From the NCBI GenBank assembly GCA_973851085.1, contig OZ316775.1, positions 7,068,001-7,132,000 of the forward strand: a stretch of DNA of 64,000 nucleotides, read 5' to 3'. Source of the DNA: Ptychomitrium polyphyllum (Eukaryota). Of this stretch, positions 26,501-39,966 are shown one piece after another (position 1 is the first letter of the stretch; each line of letters begins with the position of its first letter). The notes under the pieces are model-generated. The model was given only the letters and a program-made list of their open reading frames with translations. It was not told the origin of the DNA and made no database searches. Made by a program: the position numbers and the translations under genes.

Positions 26501-27959
26501 ATGGATTTTGGAATTTGAAACTATAGAATTATAAAATAGGAAATTTTATAAGTTTTTGGAAAATAAAAAACAAATTTATTAAATTTTTGACAAATTCCAA
26601 AATTCAATTAATTATTTATAAAATTGCCTTTAAGATAGAATAAACATCAATAGTTGATAGCAAAATTTTATTTCTAGAAAAATCTGGAAAGTAATAAAAG
26701 TTTAGAAAAATTCCGTATTAAATCTTTAACCTACATTTTATAAGCTAGATCTTTTATTCAATAAAATACTAAATACTTACATGTTAAATATTTAATATAA
26801 AGCTTTGAATGGTAGCGGCATAAAATGTTTAAATCATTTAAAATGATCAAAGTTGTTCCTTCATTTGACCAAACGGATTTAAATTTGAAGAATCAAAATA
26901 CCAAAAACAATAAGGTCCTACATCACCTATTTTTCTTCAACATAGAAGTAGCCTAATCTTTGCTGCTTTTGTTTCTTTTACATCTTGGAATTTAATCTTT
27001 TGATCTTTTCTAAAAGCAATGCACAACAATCTCAAGGTTAAATCCTTGAAATCAATCAAATACAATTTTTTGAATGCATGTTTTTAAAAGTACAACTCTT
27101 CTATTCATGTTTAAAAAGACACCCACTCAAAGCTTCCTCTGTCTTGTTTGATTGCTTGATTGTGATAATGGATTATAGTAAAGTACTAAAGTAGTATTCC
27201 TAGATTCCTTTATTTTTGTATTTTTTGTAAAGATTTGCATCAATTGTTGTATATTATCCTTATAGGAGGAAGATACATTTGGATATTGTCCCTCTTCCTT
27301 AAGAATTTTGGTTGACAAAGTTAGAAATATTTTGATACAATCACATAGAAACCTATGCTTTATAACCAGCTCTGATTATAACTATTGTAGCTTACTAGAT
27401 TGAGAATAATGGATTTGTAATTAGTTGTAAAGATAATTATGTAGATAATAGTGAAGAAAGATTCCATGAAAATTACATAATTTTTGTTTGATTTAATTGA
27501 ATACATATCATTGATAGTATAAAATTATATTTTGTGGTTTAATCTTTGATACCAATTATTATTACAAAAAACAATGAACATTTGAATAAAAATTCCAACT
27601 TTAAAATTTTCATATTATTTTAGATGATACTTAAATGTATACCATAATAAATAGTGATGTTCAAAATCTAAATGTGTATTATTACAAGATTATAAAATAT
27701 ACACATATTAAGCAAAATATTGAGGCAAAAAAAAAAGAAATTGTATATTCTACCAATGTATAATTTTTATATTTACATAGAATTGATATGAATATTTCCA
27801 ATCATTCATTTAATATTTCCATCACCTTTAAGAAAAGCATGTTCACAAGAAAAGAAAAGAAAAAGATGCAATTTGAGAAAATCATATATTATATGATTCA
27901 ATTGTATAAAACAATGAATAAACTTGACATATGCTTTGTAAAATTCCGTAGAGCATGTT

Positions 27960-28270
27960 TCAAGCAACTTAATCAATATACACACCAATGATTTTGTGTG
28001 TGGCATTTTTACATTCAAAGGATATATCCTTGACAGCTATGTTTTATTCCATGCATGTGTGATAAAAGATTTGTTGCAAATTCTAACTTTACAAAAAAAT
28101 TAAATGGTTGTTTTATTAAATTGTGGTTGCATTCAAGATGAAATATGCCACAATTAGATATGACATGTGTATAATTAATAAGTGGAAAACATCCAATTAT
28201 ATGGATAGTATTAAATGATTTGTAATATTGAAATTCATTGACCATTATATTTTCTTGTGCAAGAACCTCT
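27960..28270 (+). mobile_element. Possible highly degenerate CACTA/En-Spm transposase remnant in AT-rich intergenic DNA
   Basis: Interrupted translation ...YVLFHACVIKDLLQI...*MVVLLNCGCI / KYATIRYD...*FVILKFIDHYIFL loosely resembles the C-terminal part of CACTA transposases. Judged by eye only; no terminal repeats found. Confidence 0.25.
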
Positions 28271-30875
28271 GTCGAAAAATGAGATCAATCAAGTGGTGTC
28301 AATTCTATATATATAATTGTGGATGTAATAGTACAAAAAGTCTAGTGTCAAAACTTTAAAAAGATATGTGGAATGAAAATAAGGACTTATTTGTTTATTG
28401 TAGAGAAAGTTATATATTTTTTAGAAGTGATGTAGTATGCTTTAAAAACAATTGAGAAATACTAGGGAACATATCTAAAATGTACATATGTATTATTTTA
28501 TATTGTAAAACATTCTCTTATATCATACTTCCAAATTAAATATTTCTTGCTTACATATAACATCCAAATCTAAGGGATAGTGTTCTCTCTATGTTTTACA
28601 AATGATTATGACTGTTGGATATTTGCTTAATCACAATATTCATATTATAAGTATTGGATTGAGAGGGATACTCTTCAAAGACTTATATTCTTTTAAAAAG
28701 TGCTCACAGAGAAAAATAATTTTAGCCGTTAGAAATATTAGTGTGAATGAAGTGGCTATTCTTATTAGACAGTTCACCTAAGCCATAAAGACAAAAGCGG
28801 TTAAAGGTGCTTTAATGTTTTCTATGGCAAAAAAACTCTTTCCCAACACTTCTTGAATGTATATCATTTGAGACAAATGCAATCACCACCTTTACGTTTG
28901 GAACAACCACTTCTTACTTCATGCCGCCTTTATATCCATTAGTATTGGCATGCCTTGTATTATTGGCCCAACTACTATGATGATTGCTTTATGGTGCAAA
29001 TTTGTGGAAAAATCTACTATTCTTTTTTATATAAATTTAAAAAGTGAAAATTCTTAAAAAGTTTGCATTTGCTATATAAGACTTTTAAAACTTGTGAAAC
29101 CACCAATGCGCACCTTTCCATTTAGAATAATCTTGGTGATTGGTGGGGTTGTTTTTTGTATGTTATAATTATTTAAGCATTAGTTTTGGAGTTTATTTGG
29201 TTGAATATGGATTTGGTAGTCTTGTCATTTAAATTTATATTGTTCAATGGCTATAGCTTAGGTATGTTTGGTGGTATTTAATATGCACGTTCTTTTGGTA
29301 CTACACCTAAGGTTTTGCAACTTTTTCATTCATTTTTTTGAATGCATTGTCATTTTTAGAAAGTTGAGATGATTAATTTTTTTATTGAAAAGACATGCAA
29401 ATTTTACCTTTTTAGGTTATTTGTACGATATTGGATTTTGTTTTTTTACAACAAATCACAATTGTATCTTAAAAGTCATTAAATCAAACTTTATTAGTTT
29501 TTCTTATATTTATATTCTATTAAGTTTATAGTGTTTTTGAATAAACATTTAAATTTTATCTATAAAGATATCAAAATAAGAATGTTAGTGGTTTAATATG
29601 TTTATAATCACTGATAGGATAGGAATTGAGGGCAAAAATTAGCCTTATTTTTATTAATTAGATGCAAAATATTTCTACATTGAAAAAGAAATTTTGGTTT
29701 AAGAACAAATATTAAATTTATGAAGCGGTATTATTATTGGAGATTATGTTTCTTGTTAAATCTACTTGGACAAATGACAAAATTGCTAAGAATGTTTGTT
29801 GTAAAATATAATAATTTTATATGAAAATTATTTATGCCAAATAGATAAAATTTCTTTAGTATATTTTTAACCATTTATAAATTTGATTGGAATGCACAAT
29901 CATCACTAAAATCCTTCACATCACATTTTTTCAAGAGTCTTTATATGGTAATATGAACAAATAATACTTTGCGCAATGTGCTACAATGTTATGTCTATTG
30001 TATGAAATTTATAAAAATAATATAGTATAATTAAGGTTTTATTTAAAATGTTTTTTGTATGTTATTGAAAGGAATGGAGGATTACATTTGATATATACTA
30101 ACGTGTTTGTAAAATATTTTTCTAAACCTTTTGTGTTTGTATAGTAAACATAAAATTAATAGACACCAAATTTAATCATTTATGTTTATCTTTATGCTCA
30201 AATAAATGTGGCAAAAACATGAATTATTAAGTTTTTGAAAGATTATCAAAATTTCATTTAGAAAATAGCTCAATAGGATTCTACAATTAAAAAAAAATAT
30301 TACAAAACCTTGCTAACAATATTAGTCATAATTTCCATATTATTGACATTATGTTTTATTTTTTTTATTATTGGTAGCTTTCCGAATAGATCTAGCTAAT
30401 TTCAAGAATTAATAAAAATTCTTACAAAATATAATTCATTGTTATAAAAATACTTAGAATTAAAAAAATAAATTGTTGATCAATTATTTTGTAGGAAATT
30501 GACTATAGTTAGTTAAATTGAAAATTTGAGATGTCTTTTTTTAATGATTCTTTTAAATACCTTCATTATTTATATAAAGAATTATTTCATTATTCATAGA
30601 TATAATTCCATTGCAAACTTGACAAATTAAAAATTAAAAGATGTTATATCAGGCCTTAATGACATCTTAATAGTAATTGAACTGATTGTAATATAAAACA
30701 AGAAAACTTATTTTCAACCACATATATACCTATTAAAATACTTATAATTTTTTTTGATACATTAGAAGTGGAATGTTGATAGAATGTTGAAGTAATGTAG
30801 ATGGTTATCAATAATGAAACCAAGCAGATTATCAAAGATTAAATGGATGAAAAATGTCCAACCTTAGGTGCTCCA

Positions 30876-30977
30876 AGATTATAAATCTATACATATACAT
30901 TGAATACATGTTGTAAAAGGATTATTAGATTATAAATCTATACATATACATTGAATACATGTTGTAAAAAGATTATT
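30876..30977 (+). repeat. Tandem duplication, 2 x 51 bp (1 mismatch)
   Basis: agattataaatctatacatatacattgaatacatgttgtaaaa(g/a)gattatt twice in tandem. Confidence 0.9.
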
Positions 30978-31141
30978 AGATTATAGCCACAGTTATTGTT
31001 CTTTGATTTGATGAAAATTGAATAAAAATAATAATAATGATTTTTATTTAAATGAATCTTTTTATGAACAATCTTCTAAAAATATTTTTACAAAATAATA
31101 TCAATATCTTTACTTTTATAAAAACTACTTGCCTTGCATTA

Positions 31142-31234
31142 AAAAATACATAATAAGATAGAATGGTCATTTAAAAATACATAATAAGATAGAATGGTCA
31201 TTTAAAAATACATAATAAGATAGAATGGTCATTT
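31142..31234 (+). repeat. Perfect tandem repeat, 3 x 31 bp
   Basis: aaaaatacataataagatagaatggtcattt at 31142, 31173 and 31204. Confidence 0.95.
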
Positions 31235-33147
31235 GTTTCATTTGGTAAAAATGTGTTCAACATATTGAGGATTGAAATATAAAGTCTTTATGAGAGATGC
31301 TTTCAGGTTTATGAGACGTGCTTTCAGTAGTGGTACTCCCCCTTAGTGTCAAGCACATACTTTACTCATATAAAGGGTTGTCATCGCCCAGACAAATATG
31401 TTAATATTTTCTAAAACCGAAATCTATTTTCCCCTAACAAAAATGAAATCCCACAAATGCCACAGTATGTTTTTGAAACTAATTAGTGGTGAGACTGCTA
31501 CGGTAGTGCGGTATGCCTCGAAAATTAGGTTTTAGGTTTAAACCCTCTTTTTCTCTGAACGTTGGGCCAATAAGTTATGTCAGGAACTCATGACTTAACT
31601 ACAGTTGGCAACACAATTTGAACTAATAGTAGTTTCTATGTAGAAACAGCTAAGTAAGCTATTTCTACTTGCCAGAGAATGACAATGAGCTTAAAACTTC
31701 AGAAACTAGAAAAGATCATAGATACTATAGTGTAGTCTTTTCTTTTAAAAAGCCAAACTGTACCTCTACGATCATACCCTGTGGGAGCTAAATAGGAGTC
31801 TGAGTTTATGGCTACCTTGCTTTACAGTACCAGGTATTACAGTAGGCCTGTATCCCAGTAAGTCACAAAAAATCAAGTACTACTAAAAGTATATGATCAG
31901 GAGGTGATTGTTTTGGCCACATAATACCAGAACAAGTACTGACAATACACTAGACGAATGGTATGCACTTTTTGAAAAACCAGAAAGTAACATTTCAGCA
32001 TTACAAATGATCTTTAGGACTGCATACAATTTTCGGTATTTAACAATGGCACAAAAGTTATCCTGAAAGTGAAGCTCAACTCCCACAATGCAGTACTATG
32101 TAAGCAAAAATGTCCCCTCTGGCCAAGGCTCCAACAAAACTCAATCCACGGATTGTCTAGTCTCTACCTCACTGGATCCCTAGCCAGAGAATAATTTAAC
32201 ATACCTTAAAGCTGTGCAGCAACAGTTGAGGTCTTTGTACCTTTTCTTGATTCCAAGAACCAGAATAAGTTAGGCAGTGCCTTTTCTGAACAGATTTATA
32301 CCATGGTGCACAACTGTGCGCCTCAAAGTGCTAAAATGAATGCCCAGTCCATCTTCAACATAAATATCCAAATCCCAAAACCTCTAGCCTCCCTTACACT
32401 GTCCGTTTACATCCTTGAATCTCGGGGGTCGCAATTGGTGAGATAAGTCTGCTGCCAGAGACGTTAAGACTCACGAATATGCTGCTTTGATGATACAAAA
32501 AAACCAGACGGCTTAAAAAGACCAAAAAAGGATAATCCCTGTTGCAGAACTCAAGAAAGAATCTTGAGAAAGCTACCCACTCAGGTGTATAGTCTCACAC
32601 CGCTTGGATGCATTACTGTGCGCATAGACCACCAAAGCTGATGCCTGCAAACTCTAAAATTGCAGTTTCGTGTTCTTCTCATGACCCTGTAACACATATT
32701 CCCTATGTCAATTGAGAGGAAACAATCATATGGTAAGATGTACTTTACAAATTCCGGATTAGGCCAGCAGTTTTCATGGCAATAGGAACTAAAAAAATTT
32801 AGAGGGAATACTAAGCAACAACAACCATTTTGCAGGACAAAACAGCATTTAGTTTTTCGTATAGACATATGAAGAATTAAATTTGCGGCTCTATGTACTG
32901 AGCAGGCGTATCTCCACGGCGTTTAGAGATGCGTAAATGTGTATTGGTCCTCGTAACTTATCACGTGAAACAAGGAGGATCTCGACTCCTCCAACAGTGT
33001 TGCAAAAACTGGAGCATTCTTAAAAGGGTTTTTACTCCACGTTAGACAATCACAAAAAGGAAAGAAAGAAACAATACTTCATAACAGAAAACGGTTCTGA
33101 AAATTTCCTACTAACCCATAGATGCTTCTCTCAGCCACCACATTTTG

Positions 33148-36057
33148 CTAGCTGGTCCTGTATTCAGAATCATTGGAAGGCGTCTGACCTCCCACTTTTT
33201 GAAGAGACCTGTACTGAAGACGGACACTCTCTCCAGTGTCCATTGTTCGTACCAAGTACCTACACCCAAGAGAGAGCATTTGAAAACATTAGCATGGGAG
33301 AGCACAGAAAATGGCAGCTATAACCAGCAGAAAAAAGGGACGATGAAGAAAATTGAGCCGTACCAGCCGTTGAGGCATTGTGTTGTAATAACTGCCTCCC
33401 GACCAACGAATCGTTCTGGTGTCCGCTTGTTTCCCTATAAACAGTATAAAGGTACATAATCTTATTTAGGAAAACGATAACACAGGCGATTTCAAGGTCG
33501 GGGCTAGATAAACAGCCAAAAATAAAAGCCACTGTAACCTAGTTTAGTTGATTACCTTAATCATTACTCGGTCACTGACAACAAATGGGAACTGTACTCC
33601 CTTTACTTTTGCAGCTTCTGCAGCAGCCTGCTCTGGCAGCCCGATACTCTCCTGAGCAGTACACAAAATGTCGATATTAACGTAACTCATCTTGAATTTG
33701 GCTCATCTATTAGTGGGAAACACAAAACCATAGACATTCTTTAACATGGCTATCCAAGCTGAATTAATAGTAGTAGTTGCACAACACAGAAGAGACTAAT
33801 TTAACAATAGAGAGATAAAATTGTCAAATATAAGATACTGCTAATATGCCGCATGAAAGCATGAAAGCATGAAAGTGCAACATCCAAACTTTTTTCTCAG
33901 ACCTTGCCTTCACTATATTCTATGTAGCAAAAAGACTTCACAGTGATCTTTCACCCAGAATTGAGCAATCGAATACCTGGACTGTATCCTTCCTCCTCTT
34001 GGCAGATCTGAGGGTTAAGTTACCATTCATCTCTTCTTCACGTTTGAATGCTTGTACAACTGTGCGTAGAGCTATGTCCCACAAACACAAATAAAACAAG
34101 CTCTTAATGCACCAATATTATCCATGCCAAATAAAGCTCAGGAAATATAATATAAAATAAAATGCCTTAGAACACCAAAGAAAATGAAATCCCAAAACAT
34201 ACCGTAATTTGGAGCCATAGCTTCCGTTCGTACTGAAGCTCCACATATGATGCAGACATTCTGCCATATGATCTCGTGTGTCAAGCTTAGACAACTCTCC
34301 AGAAAGGCAACTAAAACAAAATTTATGTAAACATCACCAAACTCCTCTTGAAAGACACTCACACGCTCTACTATTTTCGTTCTCATTCATGGTAGCTTAA
34401 CAAATCAGAAATCTTAATCAAGATCATTCTAGGAGGTCAGCAGTTTCTATTGGTGCGGACTAGATTTAGATTAAGTCTATGCTAACCAATAGACTACAAG
34501 ACTATAGCTCTTAGATGGTGTGAGAAGGTTAATAGCTAGACTGTTCATATGCCAGTCTACATCTTCATAGCAATATGTAGACAGACTACGAGAATGTGTA
34601 AGACGGGCTTAAAAAAAGGAGAAGATATCTCGTACAGTTTCCATTACTCGTCTTCGTCCAGCATTTCCTACGGAATGGCCACATGATATAATCATGGCAT
34701 CATCCATAAGTGCACCCCTGAAACAAATCATAGCACTGTAAGCATTCTTCCTTCAAGATCATATAATAAACGCGACTGAAATGACCACGTACTTCCATCA
34801 GATAGAACATTAAACTCAAGCAACTCCCTCTCAATAAGAAAAAGAATCAAGAAAATAAAAGAGAACACGGAGAAAAAAGATGAAAGATTTAGGTGATGCG
34901 CATTACGTGAGAGGATCTGAAAGAATACGCCGCAGTGAGGTTTCGGCAGTTGACTGTGGATCCACCATTCGACGCGACGCAGAATCTGCTGTCTTCACAC
35001 CATTATTGGGAGGGACTTGCGTATTTAAAAGCGTGGTGTAATAATTATCGACGTCAGTTGTTTGTAGCTGTTCATGAAGAGCGCCCGAGGGAATTCTAGA
35101 TGGCTCTTGCAAGGACGTCACCACCGTGGTTTCGCGAAACCCTTCCCGAGTTACCTCCCGCGATAATCCGCCATCTCTAGTGAGAGAGTATGAGGCACCA
35201 GAGCCAGAGGCAATACCCGCCATCCCTCCGCCGTTCTGAGTAGGCGTTACATCGGCGTGGCCTCCGACTCCAATTTGTGCGGTTGAGTTCGACGGCGAAG
35301 AGAACGAGTTCAGGAAAGGCAGCGTTGATGATGGCGATTGAAACATCCCAAACGGAGAGTTACTGGGTCCCGTTCCTCCGATCGTAGCTTTCAAAGTGGC
35401 ACGGTCTCGGTCCGTCACGTTTCGTTGGAATCCTCTCTCCACCCTCAGTGGAAGCTCCTGGCGCACTTGTCCGGAGTGGTCTAAGCCTCCCATAGAAGAA
35501 TGCGAAAGTGGCAGGCTTGCTCCCACACCCACACCGCTCACGCCTTCAACCTGTTCTGGCACTCCCTCTTGCCCTCCCTTGTCATTGTCGACCATGTCCT
35601 CCTCATCGTCGTCCTCTTCATCCTCCTCGTCTTCCTCTTCTTCAGAGCCATCGCTCTGGGAGCCCTCACTCACACTCATCTCCCCTCTCACAGCCGCCAC
35701 TTGGTACTCAGACTCCACCCCGGCGCGACTCTCCTGAACCCACTCCTGCTCGCGGCCCAGTTGCGGCCCGTAAATGCCCCGCGGCTCCACCACAGCACCA
35801 CCTTCTCCACCACCACCCTGCGCCTGATCGCGCTGCTCCATCGCCGGATATCTGTAGTTTATGTCCAGGCTTGCAGCCGATATGCTGTCTGTGGGGAGCT
35901 TGCTTGGGTCCCCAAAACCCTGCGAAAACGGCCTCTTGAGATGCCCTTGACCATACACTCCCCCGAAAGGATCCTCACCTTGCTGTGGGGCGATCCACCC
36001 CCTCGCTTCCGGGTTCAGCCCTATGTCCACTTTTTGTATCTGCCCTCCTCCAACCAT
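33148..36057 (-). CDS. PUB62: U-box domain protein, PUB62/PUB63-like (7 coding exons, ~554 aa)
   Basis: GT-AG exons 36057-34907, 34717-34636, 34260-34203, 34071-33977, 33651-33556, 33434-33364, 33259-33148 (1665 nt, in frame). U-box LRRILSDPLTGALMDDAMIISCGHSVG...VCIICGASVRTEAMAPNYALRTVVQAF. Family C-terminal block GVQFPFVVSDRVMIKGNKRTPERFVGREAVITTQCLNGWYLVRTMDTGESVRLQYRSL. Start set at the first in-frame ATG (36057) rather than the TTG at 36078. Confidence 0.88.
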
Positions 36058-36809
36058 ATCTAGGGTTTCAGTTCCCAATCACTCCATTGTCCCAGAGTCT
36101 TTTCTTCGACGACACACCCAGCCACCAACACATTGCCTCCACTTCCACCGATCTCAGATCCCTGTATGGACACCACAGTATCCAAACTGTCTCTATAAGA
36201 CAACCACAACGTGCCTTGCCAAGAAATTCTGTATCTGCATTCCGCAAAAACAGACGAAAACTTCAATGGCACTCACGGAGAGACCACCAGATGGAGCAAT
36301 CAATCGTTGGTCACTACCCTCGTCATGTGCAAACCTACAAAATTTACAACATGCAACGCCATGCTTTCAGATTAGTGAGGCAATATACGAGCACTTTTAT
36401 TTTTGCAGCCTCAAATTTCAAGAACACTGATCGAACGAAGGACATTAGAAAAAAAAACTAAAAAAAAACCAAAGACTGGATAACCTAAAATCAATATCCT
36501 CAGTCAAAAGACGAGCCAAAATACATCAGAAAAGAATCGGCTACGTGAGCGGAAGCGCAGGCACTATACACAATGTGCCCAAGCATTCAAGTTCGCTCCA
36601 GCCGAAAGAAAACTGCTGGGCTTACATACATACAATACATACATACAACGAACGACCATGGAACATCATGTAACATCATGTCCGAAATTCTTGGGAGTGT
36701 TATTCTCCCACCATACCTGTCTCCCTGGGGTTACAAAACATCCTTGGAAGAACAGCATGTTCCAGCATTACTGTGATGCAGTTTTAGTTACGGCAACTCG
36801 ATGGTACGA

Positions 36810-36837
36810 GGTTCCAGGTTCCAGGTTCCAGGTTCCA
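36810..36837 (+). repeat. Short tandem repeat (GGTTCCA)4
   Basis: ggttccaggttccaggttccaggttcca upstream of the PUB62-like gene. Confidence 0.8.
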
Positions 36838-36991
36838 GGGTCATTATCCCCCAAGGTGTCCCTCAGCCAAGGTGTTCGTCAGCGACTTGTGAACGAACTC
36901 AACCAAAGAACTACTGTACACCACTTTTCTCCGGTCGCTCCTCAGCTTCATACACAACACGGCGTTCGTGGACATGCATGTTGACACGAAA

Positions 36992-37279
36992 GGAAAGAAA
37001 AGGAACGCGGGAAGGAAACGGAACTGGGGAAGGAAACGCAGCATGGGAAAGAAACGCAGTGTGGGAAAGAAATGAAACGGTGGAAGGAAACAGAACGGAG
37101 GAAGGAAACGCAGTGTGGGAAAGAAATGAAACGGTGGAAGGAAACGGAACGGAGGAAGGAAACGGAACGGAGGAAGGAAACGCAGCGTGGGAAGGAAACG
37201 GAGCGTGGGAAGGAAACGGAGCGTGGGAGAAAAACGCAGCGTGGGAAAGAAACGGAACGGTGGAAGGAAAAGGAAACAC
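36992..37279 (+). repeat. 18-bp minisatellite, 16 units, purine-rich on the plus strand
   Basis: Units such as ggaaggaaacggaacgga, ggaaggaaacgcagtgtg and ggaaagaaatgaaacggt at exact 18-nt spacing. Explains the repetitive ORFs on both strands here. Confidence 0.95.
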
Positions 37280-39966
37280 AGAAAGGCAGGGCTAGGTTTT
37301 AGTTCCTTCAACTGCTATTATACATAAGTGGGAATTTGGAATTTTGGGCTTTCAATGCAGGCAAGTTTCATTTCTTTGGAAGCAACAAATATTTGGAAGG
37401 AAAGAGAATGAGATTCTACATTTTCATTTCATTGCTTGAAGCGCAATGGTACAAGACCGGATTCATGGTATATAATGCAACCTAGCTATGTAAATATTTT
37501 TAAGATTCTATCATATAGAAGTATCAATGTGACTATGACTATCACCATGATCATTTACCATCCATAAAGTTGGAGAAAGAAAATTTACTTGTAAAACACA
37601 TAAGAGCAGGTAAACAACTATTTTAAAGATGGAATGAGATGGTCAAAGTTTGAAAATGTTGTTATAGAATATGTCACCATTTTAAAAGAATTGTCATGGA
37701 AAACAAACCATGAAAGTAGTAGCAATGCCTACACTTCCAACTTTATTCAAAATGCAAAGAGTCCAAAAAATGAAATGTATGTAATTAAGGGGATTTTAGA
37801 ATAAGGTCAAACTTGGTGATGGTTTATTTGCTTTAAAAATCCCATTGGAAAGTTAAAAGAGACTACAACACAAGAGCAAAGTACACAAAAAGACACATAT
37901 ACATAGAAACAAAGAAAGTTGCCAAAGCAACATTATTTTGCTATGTATATTTTATTTTTTAATTTTTTATGCAATATAGTTGATTTGTATTCTATTCTTT
38001 TATAATGCACTTCAACTATAAGTCATATAATCATATATTTTGGATTATTTTTAAATACATGAAATTTTATTCTAATGCCAACTATCTATCATATTTGAAT
38101 AGAAGTTTAGATTATAATTTGGATCAATATTTGGAAATTATAATTGGGCATACTCGGCAATGGTATGATGCTTTGAAAACTAATGCAATAAATGTAAAAT
38201 TTTCAAACAATTGTTTACTCCATTATTTTGTAACACTTTGCAAAAGTCTACAAATCCTTGTATATAACTTATATATATATTTATATATAACTTAAATGGC
38301 ATTCAATATGAATAAATTCTGAGTTATAAATGCCAATTTGTAATCAATTCAATATTAAGTTGTTTAAATGGTTTCCATTTATATATAAATAAATAAATTA
38401 GCTAGTAATGGATATGGTTGGAATAATAAATTTATAGGTAGTCAAATTGATTTAATTGAATGTTTATTCACCATAATTATTGCTAATTATATAGTAGATT
38501 GAAAGAAAGAATATGATGATTGCTTATTTTTAATTGATTTGGAATATTATATTTTTTCATTAAATCCTTTATGATTTTGTAGCAATTATAATTTTTTTTC
38601 AAGAATTCATCTTCTTTATTCTTATTGATTATCTTTTGAAATTTTTTTATAGCTTTTAATTTATAAACATTACTTAAAAAACAATAATACTATGATTTGT
38701 ATTGCTTGATTGAAAAATAACATGCTTAAGAATAATTATGTTATATTTCAATTAAATATAAAAAAAATACTTTAATGATAAATCATTAGCTTGATATTAA
38801 ACTTTAAATGAATTTCAAAGTGATTGATTGTAAGAATAGTTCTTTGATAAATTTAATGGCTATATAACATGACATTTTTCATCAATTAAAAAAATTCACC
38901 TTTACTTTGGAACATGTAAAATCAACAATAAAGAATAATAGCATCAGACAATAAATGCACAAAGGCATAAATTTACTTTGAATCATCTTCACTAAATGAT
39001 TTAGACAATGAAATAGTTCCCTTAAAAGAAAATGTTGAAAAGGATCATTCAAAAGTATTTTAAAAGCAATTGACATAGTACCAAAACATATTTCATCAAT
39101 ACAATCAATGAACAAATATTGTTATTTAATTCATCAACATACAAATCCAACTAGTCTAACGTTCCAAAATATCAGATTTAAACCATCAGATAACCAATTT
39201 TCAATTATGAAATATTCATTTAAAACCTACTTTATGTACTCTCTAATTCTTGAAAATACCATTGAGATTTGAAAATAGTGATATAAACATGGACATCTAT
39301 CATGAGCAGGATTTGCTACATAAACCTTCAATACTCAAACTGATTTCATCCATCTATGTTTCAAAAGATAGAATCCAACCTTCACTGTTGAATGAGGAAT
39401 TGAAAAACCAGATTTGGATAATTGTAACCTTCTAAGCACGTTCAAAAGAGTTCAAAAGTGAGGAACATTTGAGGGCCTCGATCGGTTGGAAATGAGAGAT
39501 TCGTGATTAAATAAGAAACAAAATTAAACACGAAATACTTGAGTCTTCAACTCATATCCGCTTCATAATTTATTTGTCTGCAAATACTAGATGGAGCTGA
39601 ATAGAAGACAATCACATCCATCTCCTGCATACCAATCTCACAGTTTCTGATTCAGAATCTGAGATATGCTGCATACAGGTTGTATGAGCACATTCTTCGC
39701 GTCCCTTAATACTTACGCTCACCACTCCCGTATAATGCGAAACTTAGCAGAATGTAGCTACGGATGGAACTATGAAATTTTGGTTTTGATTCGAAGATGC
39801 TTCGGTTCCCAATGACATAACTTGACTCTTCTGCACAAGAAAGATCTATTCAGTACAGAAATATTGTGTAAATGTAGAACTGCTGTACCCAATGCAGTCG
39901 ACCCCTCCCCCCACGTAACTGAGAAAATACCAGAAGAATTCAGAACTTGCACAGCAATAAGCTCCA

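Noticed and set aside
31522..31546. Telomere-like ttaggttttaggtttaaaccct
   Set aside because: Too short and degenerate to call an interstitial telomeric repeat.
36801..37311. Repetitive ORFs on both strands (EGNGTE / FPSHAA / LRFLPT repeats), and a possible CRISPR-like array
   Set aside because: By-products of a stop-free 18-bp minisatellite. Units abut with no unique spacers, no cas genes are present, and the context is eukaryotic.
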